Assembly: GCA_016213235.1 (NCBI GenBank) | Contig: JACRBE010000055.1 | Location: forward strand, 9,936 to 73,935 | Reading direction: 5' to 3' | Length of the DNA stretch: 64,000 nt | Origin: Chlamydiales bacterium | GTDB taxonomy: Bacteria > Chlamydiota > Chlamydiia > Chlamydiales > JACRBE01 | Shown: in pieces, positions 36,262 through 45,682 of the stretch | Layout of the letters: the number at the start of each line of letters is the position of its first letter | Numbering within the stretch: the first letter of the stretch is position 1 | Made by a program: the position numbers and the translations under genes | Notes under the pieces: model-generated | What the model was told of the DNA's origin: nothing | The model's input: only the letters and a program-made list of their open reading frames with translations | Databases searched by the model: none

Positions 36262-37593
36262 TTATTCTTTTGCAAAGTCTGGGATAGCCTTGTCTACTAA
36301 AAACCATTGTTTTGCTTCTTTGGCAGATAGTCTATGAGTTGGATCCTTTTCTAAAAGACCTTCCAAGGCATACTGTATATTGCTGCAATATTGTTGTACT
36401 AGTTGATTTTTTCCCTCTTCCATAAGACGTTGTTGAAAAACTTCGTCTGTTTCTTCGACAATTGGTGAAACAGCACAAGAAAGGCCAATAGTTAGAAGCA
36501 TTTGTTTTGTTTTAGCTTCACCATATTGCAACGTGAGAGTTTTTTCTATCCAATTGGAAAAAGGCTCTTGTAGTTCTTCCCATGGAATGTCTGCTAATAA
36601 AGTCTCTTTTATTTGCTGCGGTGTTTTCCCATATAATGCAACTAGCTCGGATTTTGTTTGATAAGATCTAGATCCTTTTAATATATGAAGAAGAGTCAAT
36701 CCTACAGCCCATGAATCTCTGTTACTTTGGTCGCCTTGTGCACGAGATTTTAGTAGTATCTCTGGAGAGAGATAATTCGGTGTAGAGAATGATGGCTCAC
36801 TACCTCCGATTGTAGCACCATCCCAATCAATCAATTTGGCCTGTCCATGTACGATTAGAATGTTTTCTGGTTTGATATCTCCATGGATGATATCAAGGTC
36901 TTTTGCTTCTGCTAGAGCATCCAGGATGTTGATCATCCAATCAGGTAAAGATTCAAGATGAGTCTCTCTGAATGTTTTATCTTTTAACAAGGAAGATCCA
37001 TCAGCCTCTCCTTTTTCCAGGAGCAAGCCTTCGTATCCAATATAATGTACCTGGGGAACATGCTCAGGACTCAGTTCGGACATGATAGACATACCATGTT
37101 CCATAATGGGAAATTCATCATAGTCTTTAGGTATTTTTAATGCATAGGATGTTCCATGAACAGTAGCTTCCCGTATAGATCCAAACCCACCATGGGCAAT
37201 TTCTTTTCCTTGTGCAAGTACTCTATTCCCTAACTCTTGTTCTCTAAGGATAAAAAGAGTATCTTCAGGAATATGAAAAGCAAAGGATGTGTCTTTTTCA
37301 TGATGACTAAGTACCTCTTGTGCTACGTGAGATATTTTAAATAAACTGGATACAGTAGCGCTGAAATTTCTATATGGCCCAATATTAAACCGCATCCAGT
37401 CCCAATCTTTTAAACGTTTAGCTTGTTTTTCTATAGAATGTCCTCTTGTTGATGCTTGAATAAGAACCATTGTCATTTCAAGCCAAATAGCATGATCAAT
37501 ACCACCTCTTTCTTCTATGTGATCAAGCAGTATATCGACTTTATTCCGCTCGGTATCAAGAGCTCCTGATAGAGAAGATAAGGAAACTTCCAT
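36262..37593 (-). CDS. Eukaryotic-like Ser/Thr protein kinase (paralog 1).
   Basis: Motifs GGFGSIREA, YALKIPK, the catalytic loop HGDIKPENILI, LIDWDGA in place of DFG, and YLSPE. There is no TM segment or signal peptide. Confidence 0.85.
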   Translation of the reverse strand: MEVSLSSLSGALDTERNKVDILLDHIEERGGIDHAIWLEMTMVLIQASTRGHSIEKQAKRLKDWDWMRFNIGPYRNFSATVSSLFKISHVAQEVLSHHEKDTSFAFHIPEDTLFILREQELGNRVLAQGKEIAHGGFGSIREATVHGTSYALKIPKDYDEFPIMEHGMSIMSELSPEHVPQVHYIGYEGLLLEKGEADGSSLLKDKTFRETHLESLPDWMINILDALAEAKDLDIIHGDIKPENILIVHGQAKLIDWDGATIGGSEPSFSTPNYLSPEILLKSRAQGDQSNRDSWAVGLTLLHILKGSRSYQTKSELVALYGKTPQQIKETLLADIPWEELQEPFSNWIEKTLTLQYGEAKTKQMLLTIGLSCAVSPIVEETDEVFQQRLMEEGKNQLVQQYCSNIQYALEGLLEKDPTHRLSAKEAKQWFLVDKAIPDFAKE

Positions 37594-37667
37594 TTTTTAC
37601 TCCATTTTTAATTATAAAAGAGTAATTATAAAATAATTTTTATTATGTTTCAATTAAATTCTAGAAT

Positions 37668-37995
37668 TTGTAAGCGTTTTTTTAAAAATGTCCTAATAAA
37701 ATTAATTAGAAATGTCCCTTTCTAGTAATTAAATGGTTATTACTGGGAGGTAAAAACAACCATGGAAGGGGCTATCAACATGAGTATCAAAGAGTTAGAG
37801 AGATCTAAGGTTTTTGTACAGTTGGACAATAAGACTATAACAGCAACACAAGCTGCTAATAACCTGGGCATTAGCTCAAGACAACTGAGAAGATGACGTA
37901 AAGACTACAAAAAAACAGGGGTTTTAGCCCTGATTTCCAAAAATAGGACATTTCTAATAAACTCTAGAAGCGGACGTTTCTATTTAACGCTAACA
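37668..37995 (+). mobile_element. Miniature (about 330 bp) deletion derivative of an insertion sequence, with both terminal inverted repeats.
   Basis: IRL is ttgtaagcgtttttttaaaaatgtcc (37668-37693). IRR is ggacgtttctatttaacgctaaca (37972-37995). The inner part encodes an HTH fragment MSIKELERSKVFVQLDNKTITATQAANNLGISSRQLRR*, interrupted by TGA. The same element occurs inverted at 52.4-52.85 kb. Confidence 0.7.
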
Positions 37996-38005
37996 TAGAA
38001 AATTT

Positions 38006-38044
38006 CGCCAACTAACCTTTAAACTACGTCTAGTTGGCGTTTTT
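38006..38044 (+). terminator. Stem-loop with a T-run just outside the IS remnant.
   Basis: Stem cgccaacta / tagttggcg with a 16-nt loop, followed by ttttt. Confidence 0.4.
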
Positions 38045-38089
38045 AAACTTCATAATAGGTTAAATATTAGGAGGTAAATATAAATTGTT

Positions 38090-38330
38090 ATAAAGAGATC
38101 AGGTCTGGTTTTAAGATCTTGAGCTAATGCACAGATTATTAGCTGCTTGTGCTTTTGACAGATTGATTTTCTGAGGACAGCTTTAGAAGTTTTAGTGGGT
38201 TTTGCTAAATTGTTCACGGGAGAAATCGCTTGGATAAAAGTGACTCATCATTACCTCCAAAAAGATTTTAAACAGGTTCTTACAGGCGACATCTATGGCT
38301 GCCGACTTACGCGCGAGCCAAGCAGAATAA
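38090..38330 (-). mobile_element. Divergent, decayed fragment of the same IS family (HTH region) in the opposite orientation.
   Basis: The minus strand reads ...QKINLSKAQAANNLCISSRS*, compared with TATQAANNLGISSRQL. The DNA gagctaatgcacagattattagctgcttg nearly matches 52681-52709. Confidence 0.4.
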
Positions 38331-38359
38331 GGCTCATTCCAATATCTTTTCCAGCATAT

Positions 38360-39184
38360 TTATACCATCGCCTGATAGACAATGGAATTCGGATTATGTT
38401 CAAAAGTGTGCTCTGTCATTAAAACTCGAGAGAAGCCCGCTTTCTCTAAAAACAATTCCATCTCGCGAGGGTAATACCAGCGTATGGCCAAATCCTCTTC
38501 CTCGTGAGCGATCACCTTACCATTAAGACGTTTTTCATATTGATTTTTAGACGTTTCCAGTTGCTCCCACGGATCGATTATCGTCATCGATTTGAGGAAA
38601 ATTTCAGCTCCATCTGGACATGTAACGAAGCGGTTAGATGAAACCGTTTTCTTCTCCTTCGATAGCGAAGCACCTTCAATACTCTCTTTAATGCTATCCC
38701 ATGGAATGAACGTATCAAGAATAAGTGAGCCGTCAGGCTGTAGATGAGAATGTAAAATGCGGAGGACTTTTAGCGCCTCAGCTCTGTCGGTAATCAGTTG
38801 AAAAGATCCAACCGCAATAAAAATGAGAGCATACTTCTTCAACGACGAGCTTTCTATCTGCTGATTGAATAGGGACACCTTCAGATTTTCAGAGAGACAT
38901 CTCTTTTTACAGCTTTCCAACATCTCTGCAGAGTTATCCAATCCGTCGATCTCGAATCCAAGTCGTAGAAGTGGCACAAGAAGCCTTCCAGACCCGCACA
39001 TCGCTTCAAGAATCGGACCTTGAACTCCTTTTAAGACATCTGCATAAAAAAACACTTCTCCAGGACAAGCAAAAGGCTTGCTGATATCGTAAAATTCTGT
39101 GCAGAGCCGGTGATATGCTTTTCTTAATCCATGTGGGTTTTTCATTGACTTATTCACTAATTGCCTTTTGTGTACGCTAACCAC
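38360..39184 (-). CDS. Class I SAM-dependent methyltransferase.
   Basis: SAM-binding motif I is ILEAMCGSGRLLVPLL, followed by GLDNSAEML. Confidence 0.8.
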   Translation of the reverse strand: MVSVHKRQLVNKSMKNPHGLRKAYHRLCTEFYDISKPFACPGEVFFYADVLKGVQGPILEAMCGSGRLLVPLLRLGFEIDGLDNSAEMLESCKKRCLSENLKVSLFNQQIESSSLKKYALIFIAVGSFQLITDRAEALKVLRILHSHLQPDGSLILDTFIPWDSIKESIEGASLSKEKKTVSSNRFVTCPDGAEIFLKSMTIIDPWEQLETSKNQYEKRLNGKVIAHEEEDLAIRWYYPREMELFLEKAGFSRVLMTEHTFEHNPNSIVYQAMV

Positions 39185-39312
39185 GATTTACTAAAATTCC
39201 AGAGATTAGTTCTGAAAGTTTTTTGAGTTCCCGGCGATCTTCATCAGAATTGTCTGGAGTTCTCCAAATCTGAGGTATAGGGGAGGCTTCACTTCTCCCT
39301 GCTCCATGGTGA

Positions 39313-40698
39313 CTAATAGTCACAATGGCCGGGGGTTCTTGGGAAAGCATTGACATCGCGGATGTTTTCCATACCGGTAACAAACTGTATCATGCGCTCA
39401 AAACCAAGGCCAAATCCGGCATGAGGCACAGACCCGTATTTTCTAAGGTCTAAATACCACTGATAATCGGTAAGGTCCAGATGATGATCTTTTGCTTTTT
39501 GCAATAACACATCAAGCCGGTCTTCTCTTTGAGATCCTCCAATGATTTCCCCAATTTTTGGCACTAGTATATCCATGGCAGCAACAGTCTTTCCATCATC
39601 GTTGTCTTTCATATAAAATGCTTTGAGTGTTCGTGGATAGTCTGTAATGATAACCGGTTTTTTGCAGTGTTCTTCTGCAATATACCTCTCATGCTCCGAT
39701 TGGAGATCAGATCCCCAATGGAATGGAAACTCGAATTTCTTATTTGAGTTTGTCAGTATCTGTATTGCTTCTGTATAGGTAATATGTGCAAAAGGGGAGG
39801 AGAGTACATGCTCTAACCTCTTTATGAGCCCATTTTCAATAAATTTATCAAAAAAAGCCATATCTTCAGGACATCTTTCTAATACTTTCTGTACTACATA
39901 TTTAATAAACTTCTCTGCGACTTCCATATCTTTTTTAAGATCTGCAAAAGCCATTTCCGGCTCGATCATCCAAAATTCTGCTACATGTCTAGATGTATTG
40001 GAATTTTCTGCTCTGAAAGTGGGGCCAAAGGTGTAGATATCAGATAGTGCGCAAGCAAAAGCCTCACCATTTAATTGACCAGAAACAGTTAAGAAGGTCT
40101 TTTTACCAAAAAAATCCTGTTTGTAATCTACTATTCCATGTGCATCTCTTGGAGGCTTATCCATGCTGAGTGTGGTGACTTGAAATAATTCTCCTGCACC
40201 TTCGCAGTCAGATGCTGTGATAATAGGACTATGGACATATACAAAGCCTCTTTCTTGAAAAAACTCATGAATGGCAAAGGCTGCTGCGCTTCGCACTCTT
40301 GCAACTGCTCCTTGCGTATTAGTACGAGGCCTTAAATGTGCTATATCTCTTAAAAATTCAAACGAATGTCTCTTTTTTTGAAGAGGATAATCCTCTTTGC
40401 AAGGATCAAATACATCGATTTCTTTTGCTTTGATTTCAAAATTTTGTTCACGTCCTGGGCTTTCTACTACAACACCTTTAATAGATAAAGATGCTCCTGT
40501 GTAGATGTTATTTACTATTTGTTGATAGTGTGGAACACTCTCATCTGCCACTACTTGGATGCCAGATAAAGTAGATCCATCATTTATCTCTAAAAAAGAA
40601 AAAGCTTTTTGATTTCTGATGGTTCTTAACCATCCACAGATGGTAATTTCTGAGCCAATATGATGTTTTGTAATAGCGTTAATTTTTGTCCTATTCAT
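39313..40698 (-). CDS. asnS: Asparagine--tRNA ligase.
   Basis: 461 aa with class IIb motifs (FRAENSNTSRHVAEFWMIEPE, GFGLGFERM) and C-terminal FPRTPG. Confidence 0.95.
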   Translation of the reverse strand: MNRTKINAITKHHIGSEITICGWLRTIRNQKAFSFLEINDGSTLSGIQVVADESVPHYQQIVNNIYTGASLSIKGVVVESPGREQNFEIKAKEIDVFDPCKEDYPLQKKRHSFEFLRDIAHLRPRTNTQGAVARVRSAAAFAIHEFFQERGFVYVHSPIITASDCEGAGELFQVTTLSMDKPPRDAHGIVDYKQDFFGKKTFLTVSGQLNGEAFACALSDIYTFGPTFRAENSNTSRHVAEFWMIEPEMAFADLKKDMEVAEKFIKYVVQKVLERCPEDMAFFDKFIENGLIKRLEHVLSSPFAHITYTEAIQILTNSNKKFEFPFHWGSDLQSEHERYIAEEHCKKPVIITDYPRTLKAFYMKDNDDGKTVAAMDILVPKIGEIIGGSQREDRLDVLLQKAKDHHLDLTDYQWYLDLRKYGSVPHAGFGLGFERMIQFVTGMENIRDVNAFPRTPGHCDY

Positions 40699-41542
40699 GT
40701 GAAAACTCTCTTAGCATTTGAATTTCTTCTTTCCATTTTTCTGTCATTGGTGTTTCTAAATATTTGGGTAAGTACTTTAATCGCTTATCTTGCATGATAA
40801 ATTGAAAACATTGAAGACCGATTTCACCCTCACCTAAAGAGGCATGTCTATCTTTTTTGGATCCGAGTGGCTTCATCGAGTCATTTACATGCATGGCATA
40901 CAAATGCTCCAGTCCAACATGCTTATCAAATTCGTTTAAGGTAGATTCCCACCCTTTATCATCCCTAATATCATAGCCTGCAGCAAAAATATGACAAGTA
41001 TCAATACATACACCAATGGGTATGATTTTTTTTACTGCATGTAAAATGTATCCTATTTCCTGAAATAAACTTCCAACAGAAGTGCCTTGTCCAGCAGTTG
41101 TTTCTAATAGTAAGCGTGTTCTTCCCTTAGAAGTGAGTTTTTCCACGTGCTTTAAACTAGCAATAATTTGATCTAAACACTCTTCTTTGGATCCTGTTGT
41201 GGCAGCGCCGGGATGAAAATTTAAAAAATCGAGGTCTAATTGATGGCATCGTTTAATTTCATCTTCAAAAGCGAGATTACTTTTTTGTATGATATCGCTA
41301 TCTGGAGAACCTAAATTAATCAGATAACTATCATGACTCATGATCTTTTCTATGCCGGTAGATTCTTTTGCCTGCCAAAAGCGCTTTACTTCTTCCTCAT
41401 CAATGGGTTTTCCCTTCCATTGCTTTTGATTGCTGGTAAATAACTGAATGGTATTAGCTCCGATTTCTTGCCCTTGTAATAGCGCAAAGTGTACCCCACC
41501 GGAAGCAGAAGTGTGGGCTCCAATATAGATTTTCTGGTGCAT
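40691..41542 (-). CDS. nfo: Endonuclease IV.
   Basis: Features include IGAHTS, HDSYLINL, the metal ligands ETTAGQG and HVNDS. The start is set at the TAATG overlap with the SET gene stop. Confidence 0.9.
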   Translation of the reverse strand: MHQKIYIGAHTSASGGVHFALLQGQEIGANTIQLFTSNQKQWKGKPIDEEEVKRFWQAKESTGIEKIMSHDSYLINLGSPDSDIIQKSNLAFEDEIKRCHQLDLDFLNFHPGAATTGSKEECLDQIIASLKHVEKLTSKGRTRLLLETTAGQGTSVGSLFQEIGYILHAVKKIIPIGVCIDTCHIFAAGYDIRDDKGWESTLNEFDKHVGLEHLYAMHVNDSMKPLGSKKDRHASLGEGEIGLQCFQFIMQDKRLKYLPKYLETPMTEKWKEEIQMLREFSHE

Positions 41543-42150
41543 TATAGTTTCTCTGGCTGTCCTCTTATATTCCAATAATTTTGTCCATAGTCATACGATA
41601 ACTGTTCATTTTTTCTAATTGGTCTGATGACAAGGAAAATTAAATGATACAAACCATTTAAATATGCGTAAACTGGTTTTAAATTAGGTTGATAACTATG
41701 GTTAATGAATCGTGTGAGATTACCACTTGCTGCATCAATTACATAATTTCTACCAATTTCATCTAAGACGGGATATTGAAATAAGTAGTGGTTAAATTCA
41801 AAATAATGACAATTTTCTTTAATCATACCAGTATATTTGCCTGCAAAGTCTCCGATATTTAACGTCTCTTCTGCAAATAACCCATAGCCAGATTGATCAC
41901 TGACAAAACGGATAGAACAACTAGGTAGGAAATCCACTTCAATTTGATGATGATAAATATTACCTAAATCAATCTCTTTATGAGAAGCTAGTTGCTTAGC
42001 TTCGTTCAATACCTGAGATTTTATTTTTAAATCAGAAAAGTGGTAGGAGGAGAGGTAGCCAAAAGAAAACAATGATTCGATCTGATTGATAGTATATTTG
42101 TTTGGCTGAAACATATCTTTCAGCCAAACAATAACTTCACTGTTTCCCAC
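41542..42150 (-). CDS. SET-domain protein (eukaryotic-like lysine methyltransferase).
   Basis: Motifs RFINHSYQPN and LSYDYG. Confidence 0.85.
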   Translation of the reverse strand: MGNSEVIVWLKDMFQPNKYTINQIESLFSFGYLSSYHFSDLKIKSQVLNEAKQLASHKEIDLGNIYHHQIEVDFLPSCSIRFVSDQSGYGLFAEETLNIGDFAGKYTGMIKENCHYFEFNHYLFQYPVLDEIGRNYVIDAASGNLTRFINHSYQPNLKPVYAYLNGLYHLIFLVIRPIRKNEQLSYDYGQNYWNIRGQPEKL

Positions 42151-42154
42151 AATG

Positions 42155-42775
42155 TTAACTAGAGTGAGCTAAGAACTCACAAACAAGAGGAATATTGATA
42201 GGAAGAGGTAGAGAAATTTGATCAATGCCAGGAACTACAAGTAATTGACCGCTAAATTTAGCAGCATCTAGTTGTAGATATTCTGGTACTTCTCTAGCTT
42301 TGTTCTCTAGTGAAAACAGAATTTGCTTGTTGTTTTGTGATCTTAGCTGCACAGAAATTGTCATTCCTGGTTGCACAAGGAAAGAGCGGACATCCACTCG
42401 TTTTCCATTTACAAAAATATGTCCGTGCGCAACGAGTTGTTGTGCATGGAAAATAGTAGATGCAAATTTCAAACGATAAACAACAACATCTAATCTGGTT
42501 TCTAATTGAGACATGAGTTTATGTGTGGTGTTTTCTTTGCTTCTAATTGCTTCTTTGTAATATTTTAATAAAACTTTAGAAGAGAGCATCCCATATGCTG
42601 CTCGAAGTTTTTGTTTTTCTTCTAGCTGAGCACCAAAGTCAGATTTCTTTTTTCTTGTAGCACCATGAACCCCTGGTGGGTTTGGTTTATGTAATAGTGG
42701 ATTGCGAAGTCTTCCAAAAATATTAGAACCAAAGCGACGAGCAATCCTATTTTTAGGTCCAGTATATCGAGCCAT
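42155..42775 (-). CDS. rpsD: 30S ribosomal protein S4.
   Basis: It starts MARYTGPKNRIARRFG and has an S4 domain. Confidence 0.95.
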   Translation of the reverse strand: MARYTGPKNRIARRFGSNIFGRLRNPLLHKPNPPGVHGATRKKKSDFGAQLEEKQKLRAAYGMLSSKVLLKYYKEAIRSKENTTHKLMSQLETRLDVVVYRLKFASTIFHAQQLVAHGHIFVNGKRVDVRSFLVQPGMTISVQLRSQNNKQILFSLENKAREVPEYLQLDAAKFSGQLLVVPGIDQISLPLPINIPLVCEFLAHSS

Positions 42776-42954
42776 TTTTCTCCTAACGATAACAAATAGT
42801 TTTTGAATGTAGTATGATAAGGTAATCTTTGTTTTTAAGGCAAGGAAAGAAATTTTTCTGAGAGAATTTCTTCTTTGAGAAAATTTTCTTGAGGAATGGC
42901 CTATTTATTTGGTATCATCTTTCCTTTAACAAATACATGATGTGCATTTAGGTT

Positions 42955-43890
42955 ATGGATTACACTGTTTTAGCTTACTATTATTTTACACCTATAGACA
43001 ATCCTCTACACGAAGTAGGAAATCATAAAAGATTTTTGAAGGACCGTGACGCACGGGCCCGCATCTATATTTCTGAAGAGGGAATCAATGGGCAGATGAG
43101 TGCTGCACCAGCAGATGCATGTGCCTACATGGACTTTATGAAAGCCGATCCTAGGTTTAAAGATATCGAGTTTAAAATACATCATTACCATGAACATGCA
43201 TTCCCAAAACTGACAATAAAGTATAGAAAAGAACTTGTTGCTCTTGGAAAAAAAGTAGATGTTTCTCAAGGGGGTAAGCATGTATCTCCCCATGAGTGGA
43301 GAGAAATGCTGGAACATAAGGATGAAAATACTATTTTAATCGATGTAAGAAATGATTATGAATGGAAAGTAGGTCGTTTTAAAGATTCTGTACTGCCTAA
43401 TTTAACATGCTTTAGAGACTTTGTTCAGTATACAAAAGATTTGAAAAAAGAATATTATCCCAAGAGTGTGAAAATAATGATGTGCTGCACTGGTGGTATC
43501 CGGTGTGAGGTATACTCTGCTGTAATGAAAGAAGAGGGATTTGATGAGGTCTATCAGCTGCAGGGTGGTATTATTAAATATGGTCTTGAAGAAGGTTCTA
43601 AACACTGGGAAGGGAAGTTATTCGTTTTTGATGATCGTATGGTAGTACCCATTTCTTCAGATGATAATGAAGTCATTAGCTCTTGCGTTTTTTGCGCTGC
43701 TACATCAGATACTTATTATAACTGCGCTAATATGGACTGTAACGAATTATTTATTGCTTGCCAAGCCTGTATAGAAAAAATGAAAGGGTGCTGCTGCGAG
43801 GGTTGTATCGAGCATGGAAGGGTCAGAGCGTTTGAAGGATCAGCTAAGCCCTATCGTAAATTGTCTAAACAGCAAAAGCAATGCTTATAG
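42955..43890 (+). CDS. trhO: Rhodanese-domain protein of the UPF0176/TrhO (YceA) type.
   Basis: It has the CCTGGIRCE active-site loop and a Cys-rich C-terminus. Confidence 0.85.
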   Translation: MDYTVLAYYYFTPIDNPLHEVGNHKRFLKDRDARARIYISEEGINGQMSAAPADACAYMDFMKADPRFKDIEFKIHHYHEHAFPKLTIKYRKELVALGKKVDVSQGGKHVSPHEWREMLEHKDENTILIDVRNDYEWKVGRFKDSVLPNLTCFRDFVQYTKDLKKEYYPKSVKIMMCCTGGIRCEVYSAVMKEEGFDEVYQLQGGIIKYGLEEGSKHWEGKLFVFDDRMVVPISSDDNEVISSCVFCAATSDTYYNCANMDCNELFIACQACIEKMKGCCCEGCIEHGRVRAFEGSAKPYRKLSKQQKQCL

Positions 43891-44402
43891 AAGAGTGGTT
43901 GTTATGATAAGTCCAAGTGCAACGACAAAAAGCATCACGCATATTGAGGGATGTTCCGCTTCTATCCGATTTAGCCCAATCGATTTTTCTGATACTGGTC
44001 ATTGGGAAGGTAGTCGTTGTGTCAGTGCGACATCTCCATCGATCTCTTCTACATCTCCATTTCCCTTAATATTTGTAATGGGTCCTAATACAAAACAAGA
44101 ATTTTTGCCGTGCAAAAAACCGATTGGAGAAGTAAGAGATCGAGTTAAGGAAGAATTAGCTATCGCAGTAGCTCTCGAAGCTCTTAAAACAATACCTCAT
44201 CATTCTAAGAGATAATAGGGTCATAATTTCTAATTATTTGATTCTCAATACCTTTAAAAGGTTGTCTTTTTCCCGCTTAAATTGTAATTCATTGAAAATA
44301 AGCAGTTTGTTTTATTAGTGGCAATAAGTCGATTTATTCTACAATTTGATTTATATCTTTGTTTTTGTTAATTGTTAATTATAATTAATAATAATTAATA
44401 AT

Positions 44403-44576
44403 ATGAAATTTTATTTATTTTTGTTTATTTTGTTTTTTTGTCTCTTATTGGCTAGTTGTTCAAATAAAAAAGCTACTAGTGAGGAAGAGATTGACATTGA
44501 AGAAGAAAGATATTTTGTATGGGAGAAAAAACAAAGCCCAATTGATCTAATTGAGCTTTGTAATAGACTAACTTAG
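44403..44576 (+). CDS. Small predicted lipoprotein (57 aa).
   Basis: MKFYLFLFILFFCLLLASC contains a lipobox. It is too short for the ORF track. An AT-rich promoter-like region lies upstream. Confidence 0.45.
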   Translation: MKFYLFLFILFFCLLLASCSNKKATSEEEIDIEEERYFVWEKKQSPIDLIELCNRLT

Positions 44577-45583
44577 AAGTTCCAGGAAGAATTATTCGCT
44601 CTTTCTTGCAATGTAGCAATTTCTTGCTCTCTTTCGCATAGCTCTTCGTATTTTTTCCGGCTTACTTTTTCGTTATTATAAAACCACTCTGTTTTGGTAA
44701 TGCCATCACAGTAAGAGATCGCAGGTCCATGCTTTTTATTGGCAAACCATTGAGTTTCATTAGAGAGGATCTCTCCGTCGATATACTGTTTTTCAATACC
44801 ATGTTTTTCCCCATTCACGTAAGGAATTTCCAGGTATTTGTATCCATTTTGAAAATATGTTGCAACACCATGTAGTTTCCCACTTTTCCAGTGTTCATAT
44901 AAGAGAGGTTCTCCTGTCATTCCAAACTTGGATTTTTCTCCATCAGATTTCCCATCTAGAAAATTTACTACTTCATGAGGTACTCCATTTGCATGGAATG
45001 TCTCGCGTTGGACTACCCTAGATCCATCAAAGAACTCTTTAGATAATAAGTCTCCATTTTGTGAACGAAGAGTTCTTACCCCTTTGCCTTTGTCCACTTT
45101 TGACTCTAATTCATTTTGTTGGTTGTAATATTCGCCAGCTATTAAATCTCCCGAAGAATATTCTTCAAGTGATTTCGGAGTCCCATTTTTATACCATGAT
45201 ACAACTTTAATTTGTGTTGGCGAGAGATAAGACTCTTCTTTTTGTGGTATACCACGGATATCATAAAAAATTTGTTTCGATAATATCCCTTTATTAAACA
45301 TCTGTCTCACACGTAGTGTTTGACTATGAGGATATGTTTCTGTAGTAGGCCCTTGCAATATGCCATTATCATAAGTAGAAACAATTGTTACACCATTGCG
45401 CTGTGTTGTAACAATTTGACCAGGTTGCTCTTCTTCTTCCCACTCATTTTTGGATAGGTCATAACCATATTTATGAATATATCGTTGAGAAACTACTTCT
45501 TCATCTGGATTTTTTTTCTTGTTGTTACAACCAACAAACACAAGTGTTGCAGCACTAAGTAAAACAGTAACTGGGATTTTCAT
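44573..45583 (-). CDS. MORN/YwqK-like repeat lipoprotein.
   Basis: The signal and lipobox are MKIPVTVLLSAATLVFVGC. It has repeated YxNGxxxG units (YDNGILQGP, YKNGTPKS, FQNGYKY, YVNGEKHG). Confidence 0.75.
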   Translation of the reverse strand: MKIPVTVLLSAATLVFVGCNNKKKNPDEEVVSQRYIHKYGYDLSKNEWEEEEQPGQIVTTQRNGVTIVSTYDNGILQGPTTETYPHSQTLRVRQMFNKGILSKQIFYDIRGIPQKEESYLSPTQIKVVSWYKNGTPKSLEEYSSGDLIAGEYYNQQNELESKVDKGKGVRTLRSQNGDLLSKEFFDGSRVVQRETFHANGVPHEVVNFLDGKSDGEKSKFGMTGEPLLYEHWKSGKLHGVATYFQNGYKYLEIPYVNGEKHGIEKQYIDGEILSNETQWFANKKHGPAISYCDGITKTEWFYNNEKVSRKKYEELCEREQEIATLQERANNSSWNF

Positions 45584-45682
45584 ATTTTCGCCTCGTTGAA
45601 TTTTTATCTTTAGAAGTAAAGATTCCCGAAATTGTTCTTTTGTTCAAGAAAAATTTCATCTTATCCCTTCAGGATGAGCTTT

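Noticed and set aside
39177-39383. A 68-aa minus-strand ORF bridging the methyltransferase and asnS genes.
   Set aside because: It overlaps the asnS 3' end out of frame and has no support.
43814-44215. A 133-aa ORF downstream of and overlapping trhO.
   Set aside because: The first part overlaps the trhO 3' end in another frame. The remainder (from ATG ~43905) has no SD, no motif and an odd Ser/Pro/Cys-rich composition. It may be a gene remnant, but I cannot support a call.
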